A DNA stretch of 64,000 nucleotides from Bacteroidetes bacterium GWF2_40_14. Lineage in GTDB: Bacteria; Bacteroidota; Bacteroidia; Bacteroidales; UBA932. The position numbers were made by a program, and so were the translations under genes. Below the pieces are notes generated by a model. It made no database searches and had not been told where the DNA came from. It saw nothing but the letters and a program-made list of their open reading frames with translations. Shown here in pieces: positions 49,425 through 59,296 of the stretch. Where the stretch lies: contig MEOK01000001.1 in assembly GCA_001769195.1 (NCBI GenBank), forward strand, positions 169,853 to 233,852, written 5' to 3'. Every line of letters begins with the position of its first letter. Within the stretch, counting starts at the first letter, position 1.

Positions 49425-50975
49425 ATGATGAATTCCAAAAGATTGACAAAATACGCAATTGGTATAGGATCTCTTGCTATTTCAGGGACGTTATTACCGA
49501 TATCTGGCAATGCTCAGAATCCAAAAAATGCTAATAATCATTTGAAAAGACCCAACATACTTTTCATTGCTGTTGACGATCTCCGGCCGGTAATATCTGT
49601 CTATGGCGACAAGATGGCCCATACCCCAAATTTCGACCGTCTGGCAAGATATAGTGTTACTTTTACAAGTAACTACTGCCAGATGGCACTTAGTGGCCCA
49701 ACAAGGGCTAGCCTGCTCACTGGTCTCCGTCCCGATCATATCGGTGTCTGGTCACTACAGGGCAATTTCCGTATAAACAATCCTCAAGCCATAACTCTTC
49801 CTGAGATTCTAAAGATTAATGGTTATGAAACAGTCGGTATAGGTAAGATATTCCACCCACTGGATAATAAAAAGTTCCGTGATGATCCTCAATCCTGGAG
49901 TCTGCCATATATAAAAACGCCCTCTCCCACATATTTGATTGCAGGTGGCAGAAAGGCAACAGAATGCGCAGATGTTCCCGACAACGCTTACGAAGATGGA
50001 ATTATTGCTGAAAGGGGTATTGAACAGCTTAAGTCATTGTCAAAATCTGAAAAACCATTTTTTCTTGCGGTAGGGTTCAAAAAACCTCATGCTCCATATG
50101 TTGCTCCCAAGAAATATTGGGATATGTACGACAGGGACAAGATGCCAATTGCAGAATATCAGGGTATGTCATCTGATCCTGTTTTATATGCCTATCATCC
50201 TTCAAATGAACTTAAAGTATATTCCGATATCCCCCATTTCCATAGTTACGAGGACACAAAGCATCTTGATGAAGCAACTCAACGCAGAGTTATACATGCT
50301 TACTATGCATGTGTTTCCTATATTGATGCTCAGCTAGGAAAGATTCTGGATGAACTTGAAGGGCTAGGATTAGCAAACAACACAATTATAGTTTTGTGGA
50401 GTGATCATGGATATCATCTTGGAGACCATGGCCTTTGGAACAAGACAACAAATTTTGAAACATCTACACGTACTATCTTGATGATTTGCGCACCAGGAAT
50501 GAAGAGGGATGTCTTCTCAAATTCAATCTCCGAATTTGTTGATGTATATCCTACAGTTTGTGATTTAGCAGGAGTAGATGCACCAGAAAATCTTGATGGA
50601 AAAAGTTTGGCGCCTGCACTTAAGAACCCTTCTATTAAGATAAACGAATATGCTTACGGTCAATATAACAGAGGAAATATTAACGGCTATTCATGCAGAA
50701 ATTCTAAATATCGTATGGTTGAATGGATTAAAGACTTCAGGACATATGTCCCGTTTGAAGGAAAAGAGATGGTAGGGATTGAGCTGTATGACTATGAAAA
50801 AGATCCTCTTGAAACCAAAAACGTTGCTAAGGACCCTCACTATAGAAAAGTTTTCGATAAAATGCAAAAGGACCTTCACTCTTATTATCAGCAACATTTT
50901 GAGAAAAGCAAGAAGTATCGAATTGCAGAACTATTCCCAATGAATCAGAAAGCAAGAGATGATGAAGAGGAGTAA
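49425..50975 (+). CDS. Ser-type sulfatase, iduronate-2-sulfatase/choline-sulfatase-like
   Basis: PNILFIAVDDLRP, LSGPTRASLLTG (SxPxR), GKIFH, KPH and SDHGYHLGDHG motifs. Confidence 0.9.
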   Translation: MMNSKRLTKYAIGIGSLAISGTLLPISGNAQNPKNANNHLKRPNILFIAVDDLRPVISVYGDKMAHTPNFDRLARYSVTFTSNYCQMALSGPTRASLLTGLRPDHIGVWSLQGNFRINNPQAITLPEILKINGYETVGIGKIFHPLDNKKFRDDPQSWSLPYIKTPSPTYLIAGGRKATECADVPDNAYEDGIIAERGIEQLKSLSKSEKPFFLAVGFKKPHAPYVAPKKYWDMYDRDKMPIAEYQGMSSDPVLYAYHPSNELKVYSDIPHFHSYEDTKHLDEATQRRVIHAYYACVSYIDAQLGKILDELEGLGLANNTIIVLWSDHGYHLGDHGLWNKTTNFETSTRTILMICAPGMKRDVFSNSISEFVDVYPTVCDLAGVDAPENLDGKSLAPALKNPSIKINEYAYGQYNRGNINGYSCRNSKYRMVEWIKDFRTYVPFEGKEMVGIELYDYEKDPLETKNVAKDPHYRKVFDKMQKDLHSYYQQHFEKSKKYRIAELFPMNQKARDDEEE

Positions 50976-50982
50976 AATTTCG

Positions 50983-51017
50983 AAAAAAAAACCGGCTCAA
51001 AAGAAGGCCGGTTTTTT
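50983..51017. terminator. Bidirectional intrinsic terminator between the sulfatase and the SusCD operon
   Basis: AAAAAACCGGC / GCCGGTTTTTT stem with an A9 tract on one side and a T6 tract on the other. Confidence 0.88.
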
Positions 51018-51034
51018 AATTGATATATAATTTC

Positions 51035-52297
51035 TTAGTTAGGTATCAGCACCTTAATGTCGTCGAGGAATATCCTATTTTTTCCTGCACCAACTCCTGA
51101 CAAAGCGTAATCTCTGCCCAGGAACTTGATTTGAGTTTCAGATGTTGCTCCGGTAATTGTAAACGACCTTTCTGTGGCAATATCAGCCCAAATAGCAGTA
51201 CATGTTGGGTCAGTTGTAAAATTAGGCCAGTTATCTATTGTAAATGTGCTGGTACCTATTGTACCTGGACCAATAATGCTTACAACAAGAATATTGTCAT
51301 CTTTTGTACCTGCTGCAGTCATATATGGAACCGCCTTGAATTTAACCAATAGATTCTTTGTCCCTACAAGTGCTGTTAATTTTGGAGAGATTAAATCACC
51401 CCCATAACTGGTCAATCCCAATTTTACAAACCCTGGACGAGCATATAATGCAACTTTTGTGTAGAAAGGATTTACGGTAGTTGTCCACCCCCTGGTTTGC
51501 TCTGCAGTTGTCCAAGAATCGTATCTTGTTTCACCTGTTGTAGTATAGAATACTGCGCTACCGTATGTCAACCAGTTAAAGTCTTCAAACAATACAATTG
51601 TTCCTTCGCTCTTGCCTTCTTGTTTAACAACAAGTGTCACATTCAAATTTGGGAAAGCAGTGCAAACAAATGAAACATTAGCAGTTCTTGGAGCAGTTTG
51701 TGTATTTTCTGTTGCGGCAAAGGTCAGATCTGTGCCGGATGCTCCCAGAACAGAACTCTTTAGAGTCAGCCATGTAGCATCTGAACTGTAGGTGTATGTA
51801 ACATTTGCTTTTACATTAACTTTCACGTCTTGGGCAAGTGTATTGATATTCTTGCCTGCAACAATATCAGATACAGTGAGGTATGGAGTAGCTTTATCCT
51901 GATTGACAGTGAATAAAACAGGTTGTTCCTTTCCATCAACAATAAATGTGAACTGCATCTGACGATCTACGAATGTATTGTTCTGCTGAACAATGACTTT
52001 CACTATACCATCATCATCACCCTCATTTGGGAAAAATTTCACCCAGTTGTTGGCGGTTTTTTCCACAATTTTCCAACTCTGATTTGAGCGGATAATATGC
52101 TTTAATCCAGTAAGGTTGCCCGCATAACCTACTGTGTACCCGGTTGGACTTGTTTGCTCTGTAGCATCTTTAAAAAGAAAATACGGGTCTCCTGTATTCT
52201 CTGTCAACTTTTTCTCACATGAAGTTAAGACAGCAACCACGAAGAGAAGCAGTATATAAATATTTTTTGTTTTCATACTTAAATAATTGTTTTTCAT
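51035..52297 (-). CDS. BACON-domain surface lipoprotein (candidate substrate-binding protein)
   Basis: Lipobox (VLTSC); two BACON-like repeats (SNQSWKI..NWV, ANVTYT..SDATWL..N...R); C-terminal beta-sandwich ending FLDDIKV. Start may be 52276. Confidence 0.75.
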   Translation of the reverse strand: MKNNYLSMKTKNIYILLLFVVAVLTSCEKKLTENTGDPYFLFKDATEQTSPTGYTVGYAGNLTGLKHIIRSNQSWKIVEKTANNWVKFFPNEGDDDGIVKVIVQQNNTFVDRQMQFTFIVDGKEQPVLFTVNQDKATPYLTVSDIVAGKNINTLAQDVKVNVKANVTYTYSSDATWLTLKSSVLGASGTDLTFAATENTQTAPRTANVSFVCTAFPNLNVTLVVKQEGKSEGTIVLFEDFNWLTYGSAVFYTTTGETRYDSWTTAEQTRGWTTTVNPFYTKVALYARPGFVKLGLTSYGGDLISPKLTALVGTKNLLVKFKAVPYMTAAGTKDDNILVVSIIGPGTIGTSTFTIDNWPNFTTDPTCTAIWADIATERSFTITGATSETQIKFLGRDYALSGVGAGKNRIFLDDIKVLIPN

Positions 52298-52319
52298 ATT
52301 AATGGTAATATGCTAAATT

Positions 52320-53888
52320 CTATTTTATTGCTTGCTTACTCCACCAAACCGGTGTTTTCATATCATTTGCGCCACCCATATCAAGCAATGCTGCTTTGGC
52401 ATTCTCTGCATTCGTAGACATTGTTGTATTCGGATATCCAAAACGTGTAGGAAGGATATTGTCATTGTAAACTGTACCGGCTCCTATTGTCAGGACAGGA
52501 TAACCTGTTCTGCGATACTCGTGATAAGCTTCCATACCAACCCAGAATAGAGCCAGATATTTTTGATTACCAAGAAATTCTGCTTTGTTTGTTGCCAAAT
52601 CCCATGAACCAAGTGGAGAAGCCAGATAAGTATCAACGTTTGCTGTAGTTATAGATACAGGAGGAACACAATATGCACCCTGTGCCGACCATTTCTCCAT
52701 CGATGCCCTGACACCTGCCTCGTAATAAGTTTTAGCAGCAGCAGTACCTCCACTGATAAATCCTTTAAGTGCGGCTTCTGCAAAAATGAATTTTACCTCT
52801 GCATAATCCATATAGGTTGCAGGAGCGTCTTTCCTGCAGAAAACCAGATAGTTTAACCATGAAGTTCCAACATCTACTGTGCCTCTTTCCTGGTCAGTAC
52901 AGCCAGATTTTGTTCCAATCCAGATATTAAAAGGATTGACAGCTACGGTAGGATTTTTCTTTCCAATTATTGGCAACCGTGGATCTACGTATGACTGACT
53001 TCCGTTTTGGTCAGTATAAACGGTCATTTTGATAAGTTGTGTAGTTAGTTTTCTTCCACTTGAAGTAAAACCGCTTTCCGTAGTTGTTCCAAAATTGCTT
53101 AAGTATGGATCAACCCCGGAAAATTTAACAGTAGCATTATCGCTATTAGATGTGAATATTGGATACTTGGTTGAATTGCCCAATATCTCTGTCATCTTGG
53201 TTCCTACATTCATCTCAGTACGTCCGCTCACCCTGCATAAAAGTCTTAGATATAAAGAGTTGTTGAATTTTCTCCATAAAGCCATATTGCCTCCGTACAT
53301 ACCATCCATAGAAGGTTTCTGTAATGTAGGATTTGTTGCATAAATTGTATTTGCTGCTTCAAGGTCGGCAAACATGAACTGGTATATCTCTTTTTGTGAG
53401 TTGAATTTTGGGGTAAGTGTACCGCCAAGTTTTCTCCCTGAGAATGCCTCTTCATAAGGAACACTGCCAAACATATCTGTCATATTAGAGAAGAAAAGAA
53501 CTTTAAATGTCAAAGCAATAGCTTCTAACGATTTGTCTCCTTCCTCTACAGCCAATTCATGCATGTGGTCCACGTTTTTTCCGTAAGTAGCGTAATGATT
53601 CCAAAAACCGGCCCAATCCCTCGATTCCTCTAGAAAATAGAGATGCTCTCTACGTGTTATACCTCCAGTATGTGCCGTAAATTGAATAAGCTCATTGTTA
53701 TAATACCAGGTGCGCTCAAGCCATTGATTGGCAGAATTGTATAAAATGGGTTCAAACATGTTGGATGCTTGTATCATACCAACTATTGTCCTGTTTGGAT
53801 TTGTATTAGTCTCCTGGAAATTCTTCGTACAAGAACTAATTGTTCCTAGAACAAACCCACACAATATTATTAATTTCAGTTTTTTCAT
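52320..53888 (-). CDS. SusD/RagB-family lipoprotein (SusD-like_2 type)
   Basis: Lipobox (TISSC), NTNPN, TDMFGSVPYEEA, WRKFNNSL.LR, QKYLALF and EYRRTGYP motifs; follows SusC. Confidence 0.92.
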   Translation of the reverse strand: MKKLKLIILCGFVLGTISSCTKNFQETNTNPNRTIVGMIQASNMFEPILYNSANQWLERTWYYNNELIQFTAHTGGITRREHLYFLEESRDWAGFWNHYATYGKNVDHMHELAVEEGDKSLEAIALTFKVLFFSNMTDMFGSVPYEEAFSGRKLGGTLTPKFNSQKEIYQFMFADLEAANTIYATNPTLQKPSMDGMYGGNMALWRKFNNSLYLRLLCRVSGRTEMNVGTKMTEILGNSTKYPIFTSNSDNATVKFSGVDPYLSNFGTTTESGFTSSGRKLTTQLIKMTVYTDQNGSQSYVDPRLPIIGKKNPTVAVNPFNIWIGTKSGCTDQERGTVDVGTSWLNYLVFCRKDAPATYMDYAEVKFIFAEAALKGFISGGTAAAKTYYEAGVRASMEKWSAQGAYCVPPVSITTANVDTYLASPLGSWDLATNKAEFLGNQKYLALFWVGMEAYHEYRRTGYPVLTIGAGTVYNDNILPTRFGYPNTTMSTNAENAKAALLDMGGANDMKTPVWWSKQAIK

Positions 53889-53906
53889 TTCTTATTAATA
53901 TTTTAA

Positions 53907-56900
53907 TTAAAATGACAGTTTTAAGTTTACTCCATAAGTGCGGGTCATTGGAAATGAACCTGCTTCAATACCATTGAATACATTTGTTCCAGTCATCATA
54001 CCTCCTTCAGGATCATATTGCGGCCAATTGTCGATAGAGAAGATATTAGTTGCAAAAACAGCAATATTGGCTCCTTGAAGGAATCCGGTTCTTTTGCACA
54101 GCTTTTCAGGAATATTGTATTCCAGTCTTGCCTCTCTGAATTTCAGGAAGGATGTATCATAAGTATGCGCCTCTCCATTATATCTGTCTAGAGTAAGTGC
54201 TTGATAATAAGTGTAGATGTTTTCTGTTATTGTGTTGTTTACCTTGCATGTAGTAGTACCATCTGTATTAGTGGTAACCAGATTTACTCCCTCTGCAACT
54301 ATACCATCATAACGTCCATTTAGTGAGTTTGTCAGTTTTCCCTGATAAGACAAAATTCCGTCGGTAACTGAGAATCTGTTACCACCCCACTGATAAGAGA
54401 AAGACATGTTCAGAGTAAGGTTTTTATATCTGAGAGATGTATTGAATCCCCCCCTCCAGTCAGGATTAACTTTTCCGAGATAATTATCAGCTGTGGAAAC
54501 AACTGATGGTAGACCTGTTTGTTCGCTAAGAAGGACTTTTCCTGAGCAATCCACCTTGTTGCCAGATGCATCTAGATAAAATGAACCTTCGGGTGCTTTT
54601 TTCATTGCAAACCCATATAACTGATGCATCTCTTGTCCAATATATGAATATACATGCAACCTGCCACCAATTGTTGTACCCATGTCTGTTTCCAGCGGTT
54701 TGGTTGGATCCCAGCCATCTTGAAGACTTACAAGTTTGTTAATGTTTTTTGACCAGTTGGCATTAAATATCCATGTAAAATCTTTTGTTTTAACAGGAGT
54801 AGTATTCAAAGAGATTTCAATTCCTTTATTATTTATCTCGCCAGCATTGATTTTCATTGAAGATGCACCCACTATAGGATCAATGTCTACTGCAATAATT
54901 TGGTTTGTAGTTGTAGAGTTGTATACAGCTATATCAAGACCTAAACGGTTCTTGAAGAATTTTGTCTCAAGACCTAGTTCCCAGCTCTCAACATTTTCCG
55001 GTTTAATCATAGGGTCAGGAATAACTGATGGTAAAGTATATCCACCGCTTATTGCAGCAGCTGAATAATACTGGTCTAGTGAATACGGACCTGTGTCATT
55101 ACCTACGTTTGCCCATGAAAGACGAAGCTTTGCAAATGAAATTACAGGAGCATTATTCTGAAAATCAAAAATCTTGTCTAGTAATATACTACCGGCAACT
55201 GAAGGATAGAAATACGACCAGTTACCTTTTGACAAAGTGCTTGACCAGTCATTACGGCCTGTAATATCTAGATAGTAAGTATCTTTCCAGCCAAGAGAGA
55301 CCAGCCCGTATAAGCTGTTGATTATTTTGGAACTTCTGTAGTTAGTCGGAATCGGATTTATTCCTGTAGGCACATTGGATGTGTTGTATACTCCGTCAAG
55401 ATTTAATTCATTCAGCTGAATATTATTCTTTAGATATTGTGTCGACATATTGTTTCCGCCAAATGCAGCAGTTAAAGAGAGGCGGTTGTCAAACATCTCT
55501 TTTTGATATTTCAACAGAAAGTCTGTATTGAATTCATAGTTGATAAGTGTCTCTTCCCTATAGAATCCGTTGTTCCATACAGCAGTTAATTTTGGTTTCC
55601 TTTGTGTTCTGAATTCAACACCCATATCCATCCCCGACTTAACATCAAGGGTAAGTCCTTTAGCAATATTGAATGTAAAACCTGCAGAACCGAAAACCCT
55701 GTCCTTATTTGTTGAGTTAAGTTCCTCGTAAAGAATACGGTAAGGGTTATACGAACCTGTCCCGGCAAAAACCAGGCTGTTCCCGTTTTCAGAAATAGTA
55801 GCATTTCTGTTTATTGCATTGAATCTTCCCTGAAAATACTCATCCCTCCAGTTACTCATCGAATTTGAATTATAGCCCCACATCAAGTCATACATAACCG
55901 TTGTCTCATGATAACCTGCCATTGGCATATTGTCGCTATCTGTACGATAATAGTTAACTTTTGAATTAAACTTTATCCATTTGTTAACCGGCGATTCAAA
56001 TGAAAATGAATAAGATTGTTTCTTGTATCCGGTATTAGGTAATATCCACTCATTCTTTATGTCGGCCATCGAGAATCTTACATTTGTACCTTCTCCGTTG
56101 CTGCCGTTAATTGAAAATGAGTTGTTGTAAGTAACACCATTTCTAAAAATTCCTGTAAACCAGTCATCTTGATAAACAAATGGTGTCATTGAAATTTTTC
56201 CGGTTTCCCAGTTTTTACCTTCATATTGATAACGAAGTTTATTTGGATCAAATTTTTCTCCCCATGCATATCGTGAAATGTTTCTTGCAGGAAAATCAGA
56301 TGTACCAACTAAATCGGAATTTAAAGTCCAGAAATTGTATGGATTAAGCCCCATATCTGATCCTGATCCATATTCAGTCTGAAAAGATGGCCAGTAACCT
56401 GCTCTTTCAACTACCACAGATGAGTTTACAGTTACACCAATCCCTTTATTCTTACGACCGGTTTTAGTTGTAATTACAATTGCTCCATTAGCTGCACGAG
56501 AACCATATAGTGCTGTTGCAGCAGGTCCTTTCAACACCGATACAGATTCTATGTCTTCCGGATTAAGGTCACTTGCACCATTTCCAAAATCTACAGGAAA
56601 ATCTGCTCCAGAATTTGTATAGCTACTGCTTGAAGAAGTTGCTGTCGTTCCTGATCTGATAGGAACGCCGTCAACAACAAAAAGCGCTTCATTACTACCA
56701 TAATTCAATGACTGATCACCTCTCAAGGTTACACGTTGTGAGGAAATCGGTCCTGAACTTGCTCCGTTAAAGGTAAGACCTGCGACTTTACCCGCCATAC
56801 CATTTAGCCAGTTACCAGAAACAACCTGAGTAAGTTCCTCGCTTCCAACTTTTGTCACAGCATAACCAAGAGACTTCTGGTCACGAGTCAAACCTAACGC

Positions 56901-57233
56901 TGTTACTACAAGTCCTTCAAGCTGCCTTGTTGAAAATGCTAGTAATACATCAATTTGATTTTGCTTGGCAACAGTAACGCTTTTTGCATCATAACCAATA
57001 CATGTGAATTCAAGTACCTGTCCTTCATTGGCTTTTATGCTATAAATTCCATTCAGATCTGTAACTGCTCCACGTGTAGTACCTTTAACCATGATGGCAC
57101 ACCCGATTACAGGCGTTTTTCCATCTGACTCATACACGGTTCCTTTAATTGTGGTCTGAGCCCATAGTTGCATAGCAAACAATGAGACTGTAACCAGAAC
57201 CAAGAACTTTTTTAAGTAATTTTTTAGATTCAT
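53907..57233 (-). CDS. SusC/RagA TonB-dependent transporter
   Basis: N-terminal extension, plug motif DIESVSVLKGPAATALYGSRAANGAIVITTK, RLSWANVGND, C-terminal Phe; no STN/FecR extension. Confidence 0.96.
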   Translation of the reverse strand: MNLKNYLKKFLVLVTVSLFAMQLWAQTTIKGTVYESDGKTPVIGCAIMVKGTTRGAVTDLNGIYSIKANEGQVLEFTCIGYDAKSVTVAKQNQIDVLLAFSTRQLEGLVVTALGLTRDQKSLGYAVTKVGSEELTQVVSGNWLNGMAGKVAGLTFNGASSGPISSQRVTLRGDQSLNYGSNEALFVVDGVPIRSGTTATSSSSSYTNSGADFPVDFGNGASDLNPEDIESVSVLKGPAATALYGSRAANGAIVITTKTGRKNKGIGVTVNSSVVVERAGYWPSFQTEYGSGSDMGLNPYNFWTLNSDLVGTSDFPARNISRYAWGEKFDPNKLRYQYEGKNWETGKISMTPFVYQDDWFTGIFRNGVTYNNSFSINGSNGEGTNVRFSMADIKNEWILPNTGYKKQSYSFSFESPVNKWIKFNSKVNYYRTDSDNMPMAGYHETTVMYDLMWGYNSNSMSNWRDEYFQGRFNAINRNATISENGNSLVFAGTGSYNPYRILYEELNSTNKDRVFGSAGFTFNIAKGLTLDVKSGMDMGVEFRTQRKPKLTAVWNNGFYREETLINYEFNTDFLLKYQKEMFDNRLSLTAAFGGNNMSTQYLKNNIQLNELNLDGVYNTSNVPTGINPIPTNYRSSKIINSLYGLVSLGWKDTYYLDITGRNDWSSTLSKGNWSYFYPSVAGSILLDKIFDFQNNAPVISFAKLRLSWANVGNDTGPYSLDQYYSAAAISGGYTLPSVIPDPMIKPENVESWELGLETKFFKNRLGLDIAVYNSTTTNQIIAVDIDPIVGASSMKINAGEINNKGIEISLNTTPVKTKDFTWIFNANWSKNINKLVSLQDGWDPTKPLETDMGTTIGGRLHVYSYIGQEMHQLYGFAMKKAPEGSFYLDASGNKVDCSGKVLLSEQTGLPSVVSTADNYLGKVNPDWRGGFNTSLRYKNLTLNMSFSYQWGGNRFSVTDGILSYQGKLTNSLNGRYDGIVAEGVNLVTTNTDGTTTCKVNNTITENIYTYYQALTLDRYNGEAHTYDTSFLKFREARLEYNIPEKLCKRTGFLQGANIAVFATNIFSIDNWPQYDPEGGMMTGTNVFNGIEAGSFPMTRTYGVNLKLSF

Positions 57234-57265
57234 AGATTAAATAATTAGGATTAATATAAGAAATT

Positions 57266-59239
57266 TTATTGCATCGATGTTTTGAACTCCTTTGGACGTG
57301 TCATTGTTTCTGTAAAAACATTACCGTTCCGGTCGGTTAATTTAATTTCAAGTGTTGATGTTGCACTTGAGGCAGTTACTTCAAAAATATGAGATGAATT
57401 ATTCGTAATAAAAGATGATGTTGGTTCAGCGTTATAATTAAGCCTTTGCATCTCATATGATATTATATGCAGTGGATCCTTTTTATACTTACGCGTCACA
57501 GTAAGTGGTAAACCATTCTCTTTAACTTCCAGACTACAGGAATTGTCGTAATTAAACACATTTATCATAACAATGTTTCCCTTGTTTTGTGTATTGTACT
57601 CTCCTGCATATGTTGGAACCATTGCTTTATAAGTATCACTAGCACTTGGGGTGAAATTTGCAGCATTAATCTCAATAGTATTTCTGTCGTAAGTCCGGAA
57701 TTGCTTGTTTTTATTGTATCCGATGCCCTTAAACGTATACTTGACAACCTTGTCATTAACTTCAAAAATTCCATAACCTCCCGGAGAACCGTCTTTGCAG
57801 ATATGATTTCCTGCATATCCGCTTTTTCCTGTCCACCACCATGTAGCACTAATTGCTGCAATATTATGTTCATACATATTGCTTGAAATTTCCACATTAT
57901 AATTAATATGTGTGTGACCCGAAATGAACTTTACATTTGAAAATCCATTAAACACAGCCTTAAGTTCAGTTCCATTTGTCAAATCATTTCCAGTTACCTG
58001 CTGACCAGAGGAATTAACAGAAACTGAGTGAACAGGCGTGTGAAGTGCTACAATAACAGGTGTGGTTTTATCGGTTACTTCTGCCAGGTCCTTTCCCAGC
58101 CAATTTATTTGTTCTGCAGATACAACTTCAAGATAATCTCTGGCTCCTATGACACCTTGTGATCCACCTGCATTTATATACTGCACATCATCTAGTATTA
58201 CATAATGTACCTTACCAATATTTATTGAATAATATGACGGACCTATAATTTGTTTAAATGGAGATTCTGCAGGAAAATCAAATGCTTTATATGGATCGTT
58301 ATCATGATTTCCCATAATATTGAATATTTGAAATCCAATACCATCAATTTCATTAAGGTAATTACTAAGTGCATAAGAGTTTTCATACCAATAGGCATCC
58401 CAACTCATATCTCCCAACGCAATACCATAAACCTTAATACCGGAACTCTTAAGTTGACTAGCATAAGAAGAGGCTTCTGCATAGAAACCGCTTTTAAATT
58501 GAGAAATATCATTATTCCGGTTTGCCAGATGCATATCAGCCATCGCAATTATGACATGATTTTTGTTGTCGACTTCAGAAAGTTCAAAATTACGCTGGTC
58601 GACAACAGTTGTGCTGCTTGTTAAATATTCAAAGAATGCCGGTAGCTTATTCTTTGTTGCAACTTCGTAGTTTGATGGTATCGATATAAATACATAACCG
58701 TGTTTTTTGGCAGACTGCAGGTAGTATATTCCGTCTGCATTTGTTTTTGTCACTTCTATTCCGTCTGAAACAACAACATTTGCAATGCCTTTACCGTTGC
58801 AATAAACAATTCCTTTAATGTTTTTGCCGGCAATATCCGGGATATTTGTGTTTGACTGTATGCTTAATGTTGTAGATCCCAATGTAATTTCTTTTGTCCC
58901 TCTAACTGCCGAGATATTATACCTGCCTGAATTAATTGTTGCCCCTATATTAATAGTGACTCCGGTGCTTGTAACGTTACTAACAGTAAACTCATGTTTC
59001 ACACTTGCATTGTCTACAGATGTGAATTTCAATTTATCCCCGGCAGCAAATCCGTTTCCAACAATGGGTATATCAGAATTCAGAGCAACCGAAATAGTGC
59101 CTGGTATTGATATACCTGTAAGTTTAAAAGTATCTGTCGGAATTGGTTCTGGTACTGTTGATTTTCCACATCCTACTATAAGCATAGTGCTTATTAACAG
59201 AAGATTCAGACTTAAAATATTTAGAACTAATTTTTTCAT
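57266..59239 (-). CDS. Calcineurin-like metallophosphoesterase lipoprotein
   Basis: Lipobox (LIVGC), Ig-like N-terminal domain, VVVSDG linker domain, intact motifs ADMH, LGD, GNHD, ALH and SGHTH, DGSPGGY C-terminal domain. Confidence 0.9.
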   Translation of the reverse strand: MKKLVLNILSLNLLLISTMLIVGCGKSTVPEPIPTDTFKLTGISIPGTISVALNSDIPIVGNGFAAGDKLKFTSVDNASVKHEFTVSNVTSTGVTINIGATINSGRYNISAVRGTKEITLGSTTLSIQSNTNIPDIAGKNIKGIVYCNGKGIANVVVSDGIEVTKTNADGIYYLQSAKKHGYVFISIPSNYEVATKNKLPAFFEYLTSSTTVVDQRNFELSEVDNKNHVIIAMADMHLANRNNDISQFKSGFYAEASSYASQLKSSGIKVYGIALGDMSWDAYWYENSYALSNYLNEIDGIGFQIFNIMGNHDNDPYKAFDFPAESPFKQIIGPSYYSINIGKVHYVILDDVQYINAGGSQGVIGARDYLEVVSAEQINWLGKDLAEVTDKTTPVIVALHTPVHSVSVNSSGQQVTGNDLTNGTELKAVFNGFSNVKFISGHTHINYNVEISSNMYEHNIAAISATWWWTGKSGYAGNHICKDGSPGGYGIFEVNDKVVKYTFKGIGYNKNKQFRTYDRNTIEINAANFTPSASDTYKAMVPTYAGEYNTQNKGNIVMINVFNYDNSCSLEVKENGLPLTVTRKYKKDPLHIISYEMQRLNYNAEPTSSFITNNSSHIFEVTASSATSTLEIKLTDRNGNVFTETMTRPKEFKTSMQ

Positions 59240-59296
59240 CAATAAAATTTTGTAATTTAATTACATAACAAGCTGAACCTATTAAAGTTCAAACAT

